This document shows, one piece after another, positions 9,140-18,551 of a DNA stretch of 40,752 bases. The DNA comes from Verrucomicrobiota bacterium (GTDB taxonomy: Bacteria; Verrucomicrobiota; Lentisphaeria; Lentisphaerales; Lentisphaeraceae). The stretch lies in assembly GCA_039798785.1 (NCBI GenBank), contig JBDKFG010000042.1, positions 1 to 40,752 of the forward strand, written 5' to 3'. The translations under genes and the position numbers were made by a program. The notes under the pieces are model-generated. The model saw nothing but the letters and a program-made list of their open reading frames with translations. It was not told the origin of the DNA and did not search any database. Position 1 is the stretch's first letter, and each line of letters starts with the position of its first letter.

Positions 9140-10225
9140 GTGAGCCAGAGCATCAAAGACCCCCCCATCGACGACCATGCCGCCCGCCTCCTGGGGCAAC
9201 TCCGGCTTGCCGCCGAGCACCTGCGCGGCGCCGACGCCTTGTCTGAGCTGGTCGAAGCCGACGTCGAGGGCAACCCGCTGGTGCATCGTCACTTTCTCGA
9301 TCTCCGGCGCGAGCTCAGCGCCGCGCGACTCATCCTTGCAGCTCTGAAGCCGGTTGGTCCGGCGGCCTTGCCTCGCGCCGATTTCGGCGCCATCGCCCAG
9401 GCGGCGATGCGGCGCATCGGCACCTTGCGCCACCACAAGCTTGAGCTCGGTTCGACCGCAGAGCTCCTGGTCCACGGAGATCCTGCTCCGCTGGCGGCGG
9501 CCCTGGTCAGCATCTCCTCGCTCCTTCCAGCCGGTCCGATCAGCGCCAGTGTCCGCCGCTTCCAACCGGGAGAGATCGGCAGCGACAAGAATCAGGCTCA
9601 CCATGGCATCCTCTTGTGCCAAGGCGAGATCCCGGCCCTGAGCCAGTTCCGTCCAGCCTTTTCCCTCAAGGATCTGCGACTGGCCGCCTCCAGTCACGCC
9701 GGCATCGCCGAAGCTCTCGGCTGCATCCTGCAACACGACGGCGAGATCTTTGCGGCCGCCGCCAAGAATCAACTCGCACTCGCCATCGTCCTGCCCGCCC
9801 TGAGCAGCGGGCCCCTCAGCGGCGCCGCCGATGAAGCCCTGCAGGAGAGCCAGCTCAAAGGAACCGAGACCCTCCTCGTCGTCGACGACGAAGACATGAT
9901 CTGGGACATCCTCAGCGACCACCTGCAAGAGCTCGGCTACACCGTCATCCTCGCCGAAAACGGTCTCGACGCGGTCGAGACCTACAAGGACAACCCGGGG
10001 CTTTTTGATCTCGTCATCCTCGACATGGTGATGCCGAAAATGGGCGGACGCGAAGCCTTCGCCGAGATTCGCAAGATCGATCCCGAGGCACGCATCATCA
10101 TCTCCTCCGGCTACATGGCCGAAGGCGAAGCCGGTGATCTGCTAGCCGCCGGTGCCTGTGGCTTCCTCCGCAAGCCCTACCGCATTGCCGAGCTCGCCCG
10201 CCGCATACGCCAGGCCTGCGGCTGA
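9140..10225 (+). CDS. Response regulator receiver fused to a degenerate histidine-kinase-like N-terminus
   Basis: ETLLVVDDE...DLVILDMVMPKMGG...SSGY...FLRKPY receiver; upstream part follows the hybrid-kinase HATPase layout without G boxes. Confidence 0.8.
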   Translation: MSQSIKDPPIDDHAARLLGQLRLAAEHLRGADALSELVEADVEGNPLVHRHFLDLRRELSAARLILAALKPVGPAALPRADFGAIAQAAMRRIGTLRHHKLELGSTAELLVHGDPAPLAAALVSISSLLPAGPISASVRRFQPGEIGSDKNQAHHGILLCQGEIPALSQFRPAFSLKDLRLAASSHAGIAEALGCILQHDGEIFAAAAKNQLALAIVLPALSSGPLSGAADEALQESQLKGTETLLVVDDEDMIWDILSDHLQELGYTVILAENGLDAVETYKDNPGLFDLVILDMVMPKMGGREAFAEIRKIDPEARIIISSGYMAEGEAGDLLAAGACGFLRKPYRIAELARRIRQACG

Positions 10226-10430
10226 CCATAGCCGTCGACGTCCATGCCCTAGACTCCTGCTTGAATTTAATACGCATCTCACTTCTTCCGACGTCCTTCG
10301 TCTTCCTCCACTTCCTTCGTCGATGCCGCAGACAATCGCCGCCGCGGGGTTAAGTTGTTTTTTCCCGCAGGCAGCGCCGTGAGGCACGGCCGGGGAATTC
10401 AACCCCAGCAGATTAAAGACCAAGAATACC

Positions 10431-10826
10431 ATGTCCAAAGACCGCATGAGGGTGGTGAATGCCACCATCCAGAAAGAACTCTCGACCCTCTTCACTCGCG
10501 AAGTGACGCCTGAGTTCCAGTGCCTGATCACCATCACTGAAGTCGATACCTCGCCGGACCTGCGCCTGTGCAACGTCTACATCAGCGTCCTCGGCGGCAA
10601 AAACCGCATTGGCGACCTCTTCGCGTTCCTCGATCGGAAGAAGCCGGATTTCCATGAGCACCTGCGCAAACGCGTCGCGATGAAGTACATACCGATCATC
10701 ACTTTCCACCTCGATCAGTCGGCCGAGCGCGCCAGCCGCCTCACTTCGCTGATCGATTCGCTTCACATCCCGCCCGATGAAACGCCGTCAGGCGACACGC
10801 CGAAACTGCCCGGAGAGCGCCGCTGA
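10431..10826 (+). CDS. rbfA: 30S ribosome-binding factor RbfA
   Basis: ITITEVDTSPDLRLCNVYIS, MKYIPIITFHLDQS; precedes truB. Confidence 0.92.
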   Translation: MSKDRMRVVNATIQKELSTLFTREVTPEFQCLITITEVDTSPDLRLCNVYISVLGGKNRIGDLFAFLDRKKPDFHEHLRKRVAMKYIPIITFHLDQSAERASRLTSLIDSLHIPPDETPSGDTPKLPGERR

Positions 10827-11695
10827 TGGACTCCCAAGAAACTCCGTCCGAGGCCGCTCCCGCCGCTTCGGGCGAGCCCCGTCAGCATCCCGATCGTGGC
10901 CCCCGCAGGGATTTCCGAGGCCCCCGCAAAGACGCCCCGCGCGGCCGGAAGGAAGCGCCGGTTGATGACGATCACGGCATCCTCCTGGTCGATAAACCCT
11001 TGAGCTGGACTTCGCACGACGTCGTCAACTTCGTCCGCCGCCGCCACAATCTCTCCAAGGTCGGCCACTGCGGCACCCTCGACCCGCTCGCCACGGGACT
11101 GCTGGTCCTCGTCCTCGGCAAGGCCACCCGCATGGCCGAACACCTCGCCGCGGAAGACAAGATCTACTCCAGCACCCTCACTCTCGGCAAGGCCACCGCA
11201 TCTTACGACAGCGACGGAGAAGTCACCGAGGAGAAACCCTGGGAGCAAATCACCGAGGCTGAAGTCCGCCTGGTCTTCAGCCGCTACATCGGCGAACTCA
11301 GCCAGATGCCGCCAATGGTTTCAGCCGTCAAGGTCGGGGGTAAAAAGCTCTACGAACTCGCCCGAAAAGGGATCGAGATCGAACGCGCCGCCCGCCCCAT
11401 CAAGATCACCTCCCTGAAGATCGATCGCATCGCTCTGCCGGAAATCGACTTCACCCTGCATTGCAGCAAGGGCACCTACGTCCGCACCCTTTGCCATGAC
11501 ATCGGCCATGATCTCGGCTCTTGCGCCCATATGAGCGCCCTCCGTCGCCACCGCTCCGGGGTCTTCCGCCTCGAGGACGCTGTCACCATCGACGAGATTC
11601 GTGAAAAGGACCGTGATTTCATGCGCAGCAAAATGGTTCCTCTGGCGACGATGCTGACCCGCCTGGCTGCTGCCGGCCTGCTCAAGAAAGACTGA
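10826..11695 (+). CDS. truB: tRNA pseudouridine(55) synthase
   Basis: DKPLSWTSHDVV, KVGHCGTLDPLATG, CSKGTYVRTL. Confidence 0.97.
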   Translation: MDSQETPSEAAPAASGEPRQHPDRGPRRDFRGPRKDAPRGRKEAPVDDDHGILLVDKPLSWTSHDVVNFVRRRHNLSKVGHCGTLDPLATGLLVLVLGKATRMAEHLAAEDKIYSSTLTLGKATASYDSDGEVTEEKPWEQITEAEVRLVFSRYIGELSQMPPMVSAVKVGGKKLYELARKGIEIERAARPIKITSLKIDRIALPEIDFTLHCSKGTYVRTLCHDIGHDLGSCAHMSALRRHRSGVFRLEDAVTIDEIREKDRDFMRSKMVPLATMLTRLAAAGLLKKD

Positions 11696-11798
11696 GCTCA
11701 AGTTGATAAGGTTGTAAGGCAAACATATGAACGACAGCAGCAGACAGCAACATGTCCGTCGACTTCTCCGGTCGTTCCTCCTTGCTTTCGGAGCTCGA

Positions 11799-11829
11799 CC
11801 TTTCAACCTTTCAACCTTTCAACCCGGTT
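11799..11829. repeat. Tandem heptamer (CTTTCAAC-type, period 7-8) array
   Basis: CCTTTCAACCTTTCAACCTTTCAACCCGGT; degenerate inverted copy at 11702-11719. Confidence 0.7.
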
Positions 11830-11842
11830 TGCGGCTCTCGCC

Positions 11843-12787
11843 ATGATCGAAGGCGCCAGGCCCTTCGATCTCGCCGCCAAAGGGGTGCACCGCGCCGCCT
11901 TGGCTTGCGGCAATTTCGACGGCTTGCACCTCGGTCACCGCGCGCTTCTCGGACAAGTCCTCAGCTTCGCGCGCTTCAGCCAGGCCGCTCCGACGGTGCT
12001 GAGTTTCTTCCCCCATCCCCGCTCCGTCCTCGGCGACACCCCCGTCGCCCCGCTCGCCTCTCCGCTTCAGAAACGCCGTCTTCTCGCCGAGCTTGGCATT
12101 GAAGCCTTGATGGAAGTGCCATTTGTCGACGATGTGGCACGCCTTTCACCGGAGGATTTCGCCCGCACCTATTTCGCTCATCCCGAGCTGGAAGTGACGG
12201 ACGTCTGCGTCGGCCGTAACTGGGCTTTCGGACGAGGCCGCAGCGGCAACGCCGAAACCTTGCGCTCTCTGCCCTTAGGATTCCGCGTCCACGAGGCCGA
12301 CGAATTCTGTCTTGACGGCTTGCCGGTCTCCTCATCCCGCATCCGAGCCGCCCTGGCGACGGGCGATTTCAGCCTCGCAGCCCGCCTGCTCGGGCGCCCC
12401 TGGGAGCTCGAGGGTCAGGTTGTCCGCGGCGCCGGCATCGCCTCGGCGAAGCTTGATTTCCCCACCGCCAACCTCGATTGCTGCGTGCCGATGCTGCCGA
12501 TCGCTGGCGTCTTCGCCGTCCGGGCCATCCTCGAGCCGGGGGGGGACGCACGGCCGGGATTGCTCAATGTGGGCTCGGCTCCGACTTTCCCAGGCAAGGT
12601 GGCAGCGCCTCATCAGGCGGAGCTGCATCTGCTTGATTTCAAGGCAGATCTCTATGGGCGACGGCTATCGGTCCGGCCCATGGCCTTTATCCGAGAAGAG
12701 CGCCGCTTCGCTTCGGCGATCGAACTTCATGAGCAGATCCGCCTCGATGCCGCCGCCGCCCGCCAGATTCTCGCCCGCCGCGATTGA
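11843..12787 (+). CDS. ribF: Bifunctional riboflavin kinase/FAD synthetase
   Basis: GNFDGLHLGH, SSSRIR, FPTANL, IREERRF. Confidence 0.95.
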   Translation: MIEGARPFDLAAKGVHRAALACGNFDGLHLGHRALLGQVLSFARFSQAAPTVLSFFPHPRSVLGDTPVAPLASPLQKRRLLAELGIEALMEVPFVDDVARLSPEDFARTYFAHPELEVTDVCVGRNWAFGRGRSGNAETLRSLPLGFRVHEADEFCLDGLPVSSSRIRAALATGDFSLAARLLGRPWELEGQVVRGAGIASAKLDFPTANLDCCVPMLPIAGVFAVRAILEPGGDARPGLLNVGSAPTFPGKVAAPHQAELHLLDFKADLYGRRLSVRPMAFIREERRFASAIELHEQIRLDAAAARQILARRD

Positions 12788-13011
12788 TCCTCGTTTCCTC
12801 ACCGGCTGCTCACTCCGCGAATCCCAATCCCCAATCGGTGATGCAGACGGAAAAAACCGGCGTGTATGACAACGAATTGAGCTTGGAATGAGATGTATGC
12901 AAGCTGCGATTCAGGTGGCCGGGAGAGGGAGTTTGGGAGTCAAAACACTCCCCTAATCCCCAATCCCCTAACTTCTAAGCTGTGTTCCTGAAGTTCGAGT
13001 GAGGCAGGTCG

Positions 13012-13039
13012 AAAAAACCGCAGTTTGGTGACTGCGGTT
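13012..13039 (-). terminator. Intrinsic terminator for the 13060-13611 gene
   Basis: AACCGCAGT-N6-ACTGCGGTT stem with a T-run on the minus strand. Confidence 0.65.
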
Positions 13040-13059
13040 CCTGACAAGGCAAGAGAAGA

Positions 13060-13611
13060 TCATTTTTTCTTTTCTTCAGGTTTTTCGGCCGGTTTTTCGG
13101 CTCCGGCCTCTTCCACCGCTTCCAGCTCTTTACCGGTCTTGTCGACCTTGAAAAGCTTCCCCTCACCCTGTTCGAAGACCTTGCCAGCCAGTTTTTTCAG
13201 CTCATTGCAGCCGTTGCAGTCGGCGGCCACGACTTCTCCGTCAGCATATGCCGCGACGATCCATCCGGCGTACTTCTGCCCTTCCTTGTTCAGGCTCTCG
13301 GTCATGTACTCAGCCGCCTTGTTGACATCTTTGCCCTTCTTCGCTGGAACGTCGACATCTTTGCTGACCAGGTAGCCAATCAGATAGGCGCCCTTCACCT
13401 TGGTGCTGCGGGCAAGGTAGGCAATCTTGTAATCGACCTTCTTTTCTTCTTTTTCACCGTTTTTCAAAGAAAGGTTGATCACCACTTGTTTGGAGTCGTT
13501 TTTCGTCGCCTTGACTTTCATGTCGACCTTGGCGAGTTTGACTTTCTCTTCCGCGGCAAAGACGCTGACGCTGAAGATGAGGAGGAAGAAACAGACGAAA
13601 ATCCGGCGCAT
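13060..13611 (-). CDS. Hypothetical secreted Lys-rich protein
   Basis: AAGGAG RBS; signal peptide MRRIFVCFFLLIFSVSVFA. Confidence 0.75.
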   Translation of the reverse strand: MRRIFVCFFLLIFSVSVFAAEEKVKLAKVDMKVKATKNDSKQVVINLSLKNGEKEEKKVDYKIAYLARSTKVKGAYLIGYLVSKDVDVPAKKGKDVNKAAEYMTESLNKEGQKYAGWIVAAYADGEVVAADCNGCNELKKLAGKVFEQGEGKLFKVDKTGKELEAVEEAGAEKPAEKPEEKKK

Positions 13612-13681
13612 AAGGGAAGTCTCCTTTTTTAAGGTTGGAATGAAAACTAGCGGTCTTTTGCCGTGTGTCAGCCCCCTCGTG

Positions 13682-14188
13682 TCATAATTCTTTGCCAAGC
13701 TTCATTCCCAGGGGGGAACTCAAGGCGTGGGCATGTGCGACGGCGAGAGCGAGGGCATCGGTGGCGTCGTCGTTGACGGCGGCGGGGTCGATTCCGAGCA
13801 TTCCGGCGACGACGGCGGCGACTTGGGCCTTGCTGGCTTCACCGGAGCCTGTGAGGGCTTGTTTGGCTCGGCTCGGGGCGTATTCCCACAATTGCATGTC
13901 ACGGCGGCTGAGGACGGAGATGACGGCGCCGCGGGCCATTCCGAGGATCATCGCGGTCTTGGCGTTGCGGGAGTAGAAGGTGCTTTCGATGGCGGCCACC
14001 TGGGGTTTGTGGAGATCGCAAAGCTGTTCGAAGGCTTCGGCGAGGCGACCGAGGCATTGCGCCTGGCTGAGAGAAGCCTTGTTGCGGATGATGCCGCAGT
14101 CGACGGCGCGCAGACGGCCATCGGGGCTGACATCGATGAGGCCGTAGCCGGTGCAGCGGAGGGAGGTGTCGACACCGAGGATGCGCAT
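13682..14188 (-). CDS. ruvC: Holliday junction resolvase RuvC
   Basis: MRILGVDTSLRCTGYG, AIESTF, ASKAQV, DATDALALA. Confidence 0.95.
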   Translation of the reverse strand: MRILGVDTSLRCTGYGLIDVSPDGRLRAVDCGIIRNKASLSQAQCLGRLAEAFEQLCDLHKPQVAAIESTFYSRNAKTAMILGMARGAVISVLSRRDMQLWEYAPSRAKQALTGSGEASKAQVAAVVAGMLGIDPAAVNDDATDALALAVAHAHALSSPLGMKLGKEL

Positions 14189-14292
14189 GGGGGACTTCTT
14201 CGAGGTTTATCGGGGCTTATGGGGGAGGGGGCTTGCGGCACGCTAATGCCGGGCTTTCTTTCCCGCCACACTAAATCCCGAGGAAGACGACG

Positions 14293-15978
14293 ATGCAGCT
14301 CCACAATCCCGCGCTCTGCCGTGAACGGGCGATGTTTTTCCGTCGCCAGGATCTCGGATTTCTCCGGCTCCGGGGACCGGATGCCGGGTCCTTTCTGCAG
14401 GGTCAGTTGAGCAGCGATGTCCGCTCCTTGTCGCTCCTCGCGGCGCAGCCCAGCACCCGCCTCGATAAATTTGCCAAGGTGATCGCAGCAGCTCTCGTCC
14501 TGCGGCTCGATCTGCAAGACTGGCTGCTGATCACCGAAGGCCGGCAAGAAGAGTCGCTGTCTGCCAGTCTCGATCGCAATCTGATTTCCGAAGACGCCGA
14601 AATCATCGCTGCGCCGGAATGGGCGGCGGTGGAGATCAGCGGTCCCGCCTTGCCGGATCTGGCCGAAGAAATCCTCGGGCTCGACTGGTCTCAGGGCAGC
14701 GCTTTGACGGCTTTGCGTCTGCCGCAAAATCTCCTCGCTCTGCGCCACGGCAGCGTCGGCGAAGAAGGCCTGCTGCTGCTCGGCACTCCGGCGGCACTCG
14801 AGGAGCTTTGCCAAGGCCTCGCCAAGGCTGGAATTGCCGAGGGCGACGAAGCCTGCCGACGTGCCTTGGTCGTCGAAGGCGGCCTGCCGGAGTGGGGCGC
14901 GGATTACGATGCCTCATGCCTGCTGCCGGAAACCGGCTTGCAGACCTCTTGCGTCAGCTTCACCAAGGGCTGTTTCGTCGGCCAGGAAATCGTCGCCCGT
15001 GTGCAGTCGCGCGGCAATGTCAATCGTCTTCTCGGCGTGCTCCGTCTCAAGCCGGGAATCCTGCCGCAAGTCGGCGAAGTCCTTGATGTCCGCGGTCGAC
15101 CCGCCGGCATCGTCCGCTCAGTCGTCACCAGTGCCGCCGGCGAGCCTTTGGCCGTCGCTCTGCTCAACCGCGGCTTCTTCGTACCGGGTCAGGAATTCGA
15201 CTTCGATTGCACCGCCGGTCGCGGCCATGCCGAGGTGTTTCACTTTCCCATGCGGCAACGCACCGGCGAAACCGCCGCCGCCCGCGCCTTGCTTGACCAG
15301 GCCCTCGGCCTCTTCATCCGCGAAAGCGGGGAGGGGGATTCCGCCGCCGAAAGCCTGCTCCGCCAAGCCATCCGCCGCGACCCAAAGCTCGGCGACGCCT
15401 ATGAGGCTCTCGGGGTCATTCTCGGTCGCCAGAACCGCCTCGACGAAGCGATCACCTTGATGAAACGCTTGGCCGAGCTCGAGCCCGACGCGGTGATGCC
15501 TTACACCAACCTGTCGCTTTTCTACATGCGCAAAGGCCTGATCGCCGAGGCGGAGGAGGAGAAGACACAGGCCACGCTCGCCGCCATGCGGGTCGCAGCC
15601 AAGCAGCGCAAAATGCGCCTCAACGACGAGAAGTTGCAGGAGCAGAAACGGGCCGAAATCAACAGCCGCCTCGGCATGTTCCGGCAAGTCCTGGAGATCG
15701 ATCCGGACGACCTCGTCGCGCACTTCGGACTCGGCAAAAATCTTGCCGAACTGGGTTCGATCGACGAGGCTCTGCCGCATCTGCGCCGTTGCCTCGAAAT
15801 CAAGCCCGATTATAGCGCCGCAGCCCTCATCCTCGGCCGCACTTTGGCGGCCCGCGGCGACACAGCCGCCGCCCGCGAGGTGCTCATGTCCGGCATCAGC
15901 GGCGCCACCCGCAGCGGCGATTTCCAGCCGCGCCGCGAAATGGAGTCCCTGCTCAATGAACTGAAGGAGGAGATCTGA
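14293..15978 (+). CDS. YgfZ/GcvT-like folate-binding Fe-S cluster repair protein fused to C-terminal TPR repeats
   Basis: GPDAGSFLQGQLSSDV, SFTKGCFVGQEIVAR; TPR units such as DAYEALGVILGRQ and AHFGLGKNLAELG. Confidence 0.88.
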   Translation: MQLHNPALCRERAMFFRRQDLGFLRLRGPDAGSFLQGQLSSDVRSLSLLAAQPSTRLDKFAKVIAAALVLRLDLQDWLLITEGRQEESLSASLDRNLISEDAEIIAAPEWAAVEISGPALPDLAEEILGLDWSQGSALTALRLPQNLLALRHGSVGEEGLLLLGTPAALEELCQGLAKAGIAEGDEACRRALVVEGGLPEWGADYDASCLLPETGLQTSCVSFTKGCFVGQEIVARVQSRGNVNRLLGVLRLKPGILPQVGEVLDVRGRPAGIVRSVVTSAAGEPLAVALLNRGFFVPGQEFDFDCTAGRGHAEVFHFPMRQRTGETAAARALLDQALGLFIRESGEGDSAAESLLRQAIRRDPKLGDAYEALGVILGRQNRLDEAITLMKRLAELEPDAVMPYTNLSLFYMRKGLIAEAEEEKTQATLAAMRVAAKQRKMRLNDEKLQEQKRAEINSRLGMFRQVLEIDPDDLVAHFGLGKNLAELGSIDEALPHLRRCLEIKPDYSAAALILGRTLAARGDTAAAREVLMSGISGATRSGDFQPRREMESLLNELKEEI

Positions 15979-16502
15979 TGCAGAATCAACTCAAACAAAT
16001 CCTCTTCGACGAAGCGACGCTGCAGCAACGCGTCCGCGGGCTCGCCGCCGAAGTGGAAAGCGCTTATCAAGGCCAGCCGCTGACCGCCATCATCCTCTCC
16101 AATGGCGCCCTTTTCTTCGCCGCAGATCTATTGCGCCGGATCAATCTGCCGTTGCATCTCGACATGATCGGCGTCAGCTCCTACTCCGGCACCGAGAGCC
16201 GCGGCCAAGTCGATTTCCGCTACCCGCCGAAATTGCCGCTGCGCGGGCACCATGTCCTGATCGTCGACGATATCCTCGACACCGGCCGCACCCTCGAAGG
16301 CGTGATCGCCTTCTGTCGCGACGCCGGCGCTCTCAGCGTCCGCAGCTGCGTCCTGCTCGACAAGCCGAGCCGCCGCATCGCCCCGATCCAGGCCGACTTC
16401 ATCGGCTTTTCCATCGACGACCTCTTTGTCGTCGGCTACGGATTGGATCTGGATGAAAAGTTCCGCAATCTCCCCTGCATCGGCATCCCGGATTTGGGGT
16501 GA
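15978..16502 (+). CDS. hpt: Hypoxanthine phosphoribosyltransferase
   Basis: VSSYSGTES, VLIVDDILDTGRTL, LLDKPSRR, FVVGYGLD. Confidence 0.95.
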   Translation: MQNQLKQILFDEATLQQRVRGLAAEVESAYQGQPLTAIILSNGALFFAADLLRRINLPLHLDMIGVSSYSGTESRGQVDFRYPPKLPLRGHHVLIVDDILDTGRTLEGVIAFCRDAGALSVRSCVLLDKPSRRIAPIQADFIGFSIDDLFVVGYGLDLDEKFRNLPCIGIPDLG

Positions 16503-16507
16503 AGCTG

Positions 16508-17143
16508 ATGTCAAAAACGAAGATCATTCTTTTGGCGGCGACCCTTCTGCTGATCTTTCTCGGCGCCTGGAGTTTGCGACCTCGTTTGACGCCGTCGGCG
16601 ATTGCGGCCTACGGGCATGACAAGTTTGTCCGGCAGGTGCTGGAATCGGCGGAGAAGAAGACCCTCAGTCCCGAGCTATGTGAAGTCTTTGGGAAGCTCG
16701 AGATTTACGGAAGTGCGGAAGGCGCGACGATTCATCGCTGGAAATTCGATCAGTGGTCTTGGGATCTCGAGGTTTCGCCGAAACCAATCGACAAGAGTAC
16801 GTTCGGATCGGCGACTGTAATCGATTTATGGTATTCCGATGTTGCTGCCATTCGCAGCGCTCCCCGGGGCCGCTCTCAGGTCACCATTCGCAAGAGTCAC
16901 CTCAAGCAAGTTGGCCTGGCGATCTTGACCGATTATCAAACCAATTCCGAACTCCGCTTCACGGCTGAAAACCGGGCTCGTTGGATTGGTGAAGCTGGAT
17001 TGATGGGAGCCAAGCTCGAATGGCAGCCAGGATTAGACGGTCAACTGGTTGGCGATTGGAACTCACCTCATTCGCCGCTGCTTTTTGATCGTCGTCGAGC
17101 CGGGCCGCCAGTGATTCTTTTCGGCGACGGCCATGTCGAGTAG
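16508..17143 (+). CDS. Hypothetical membrane-anchored protein with C-terminal FGDGHVE (H-X9-DG-like) motif
   Basis: N-terminal hydrophobic helix; ends ILFGDGHVE. Confidence 0.6.
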   Translation: MSKTKIILLAATLLLIFLGAWSLRPRLTPSAIAAYGHDKFVRQVLESAEKKTLSPELCEVFGKLEIYGSAEGATIHRWKFDQWSWDLEVSPKPIDKSTFGSATVIDLWYSDVAAIRSAPRGRSQVTIRKSHLKQVGLAILTDYQTNSELRFTAENRARWIGEAGLMGAKLEWQPGLDGQLVGDWNSPHSPLLFDRRRAGPPVILFGDGHVE

Positions 17144-17158
17144 AAGTCGCGCTGAGAT

Positions 17159-18442
17159 TCAAGAAATCAGCGTTATGATGGCGGCGGCGCTGCGTCCCGC
17201 GGCGCCTTTGGAATCGGCGATCAGTTTGTGGCCGTTGTTGCCGAGGGTTTGGCGGAAGCCGGGATCGGCGATGAGTTGGCTGAGGAAGCTGGGCAGCTCG
17301 GCGGCGCTGCACTGGATGCCGGCGCCGAACTGGGCGTTGAGATCGGCGAAACCCGGCTGTTTGTAGAGCCAGGGGCCACAGACAAAGGGCTTGCTGTAGA
17401 AGCTCGGTTCGAGGATGTTGTGACCGCCGACATGGGGGGTGAAAGAGCCGCAGACGACGCCGACGTCGGCGAGGGCGTAGAGCTTCATCAGCAGGCCCAT
17501 GCGGTCGACCAGGCAGATCGCTTCGGGGTTTGTCGCGGCGACGCTGGCGCGATTGAAAGCGATGCCTTCCTGGCGGAGCATGTCGGCAACGCCGGCAAAG
17601 CGTTCTGGGTGGCGTGGCACGATCAGGGTTTGCAGGCCGGGATGTTGTTCCAGCAGGATGCGGTGGGCGGCGAGGGCGAGTTCTTCTTCACCTGCGTGGG
17701 TGCTGCCGAAGACAACCATGGGGCGAGCGCGATCGAGACCAAGCTCGGCGGCGAGGGTGTCGAGCTCTTCGGATGAAGGATGGACCACTTCCATGTCGAG
17801 CTTGAGGTTGCCGGTGACCTCGACCGTGCCATGGGCAAAGCCGGCGGTGTAGAAGCGGTCGCGATAGGTGCTGCTCTGGACCAGCAGTTGGCGGAAGGGC
17901 CGGAGCAGGGCCTTGGCGAAGAAAGGCAGCTTGAGATAGCGCTCAAGGCTGCGTTCTGAAATCTTGCCGTTGACCAGGATGCAGGGGATCTTGCGGCGGC
18001 GGCACAGTTCCATGCAGCAGTACCAGAGGTCGGTTTCGACGACGACGAAGGCAGAGGGATGGAGCTGATCCAGGATGCGGCTCATGATCGGCGCGACATC
18101 GACGGGGAAATAGAAATGGCCGTCGCAGAGGCCGTCCTTGAGGATCTGAGCCGCCACTTCCTGGCCGGTCTCGGTGATTGTCGACAGGTAGATTTTCAGC
18201 TTGGGGTCGCGTTTGCGGAGTTCGCGACACAGTGTGCGTGAGACCTGGGTTTCGCCGACCGAGCAGCTGTGGATCCAGATCACCTTGTCGCCGGGAGAAG
18301 GGGAGGGGAGGCGTTGCCAGCCGAGGCGAGGCAGGGTGCTGAGGCGGTGCTTGCTCCGGAAGCAGAGACGCAGCAGATGCAGCGGCAGCAAGAGGAGCAG
18401 ACCGAGGGCCAGGGCGAGGTTGTAGAATGTGAGCATGAGCAT
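17159..18442 (-). CDS. waaA: 3-deoxy-D-manno-octulosonic acid (Kdo) transferase
   Basis: IWIHSCSVGE, ETDLW, TGNLKLD, GSTHAGEE, VPRHPERF, GGHNILEP. Confidence 0.95.
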   Translation of the reverse strand: MLMLTFYNLALALGLLLLLPLHLLRLCFRSKHRLSTLPRLGWQRLPSPSPGDKVIWIHSCSVGETQVSRTLCRELRKRDPKLKIYLSTITETGQEVAAQILKDGLCDGHFYFPVDVAPIMSRILDQLHPSAFVVVETDLWYCCMELCRRRKIPCILVNGKISERSLERYLKLPFFAKALLRPFRQLLVQSSTYRDRFYTAGFAHGTVEVTGNLKLDMEVVHPSSEELDTLAAELGLDRARPMVVFGSTHAGEEELALAAHRILLEQHPGLQTLIVPRHPERFAGVADMLRQEGIAFNRASVAATNPEAICLVDRMGLLMKLYALADVGVVCGSFTPHVGGHNILEPSFYSKPFVCGPWLYKQPGFADLNAQFGAGIQCSAAELPSFLSQLIADPGFRQTLGNNGHKLIADSKGAAGRSAAAIITLIS

Positions 18443-18551
18443 AGGACACAAGATACACGGCTCTGGATTTCTCCCAGCCCTTGGCAGAGGGGGGAAAAGC
18501 AACTAAATTCGCGGCCTGACTTATCAAAGAAAAAACCACCCGGAGCCGCTC

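Noticed and set aside
10226..10430. Possible tRNA or ncRNA before rbfA
   Set aside because: Only short hairpins; no cloverleaf, T-loop or recognisable family motif
13012..13039. 12-bp match (AAAAACCGCAGT) to the 30169 inverted repeat
   Set aside because: Adequately explained as a terminator stem; too short to claim a relationship
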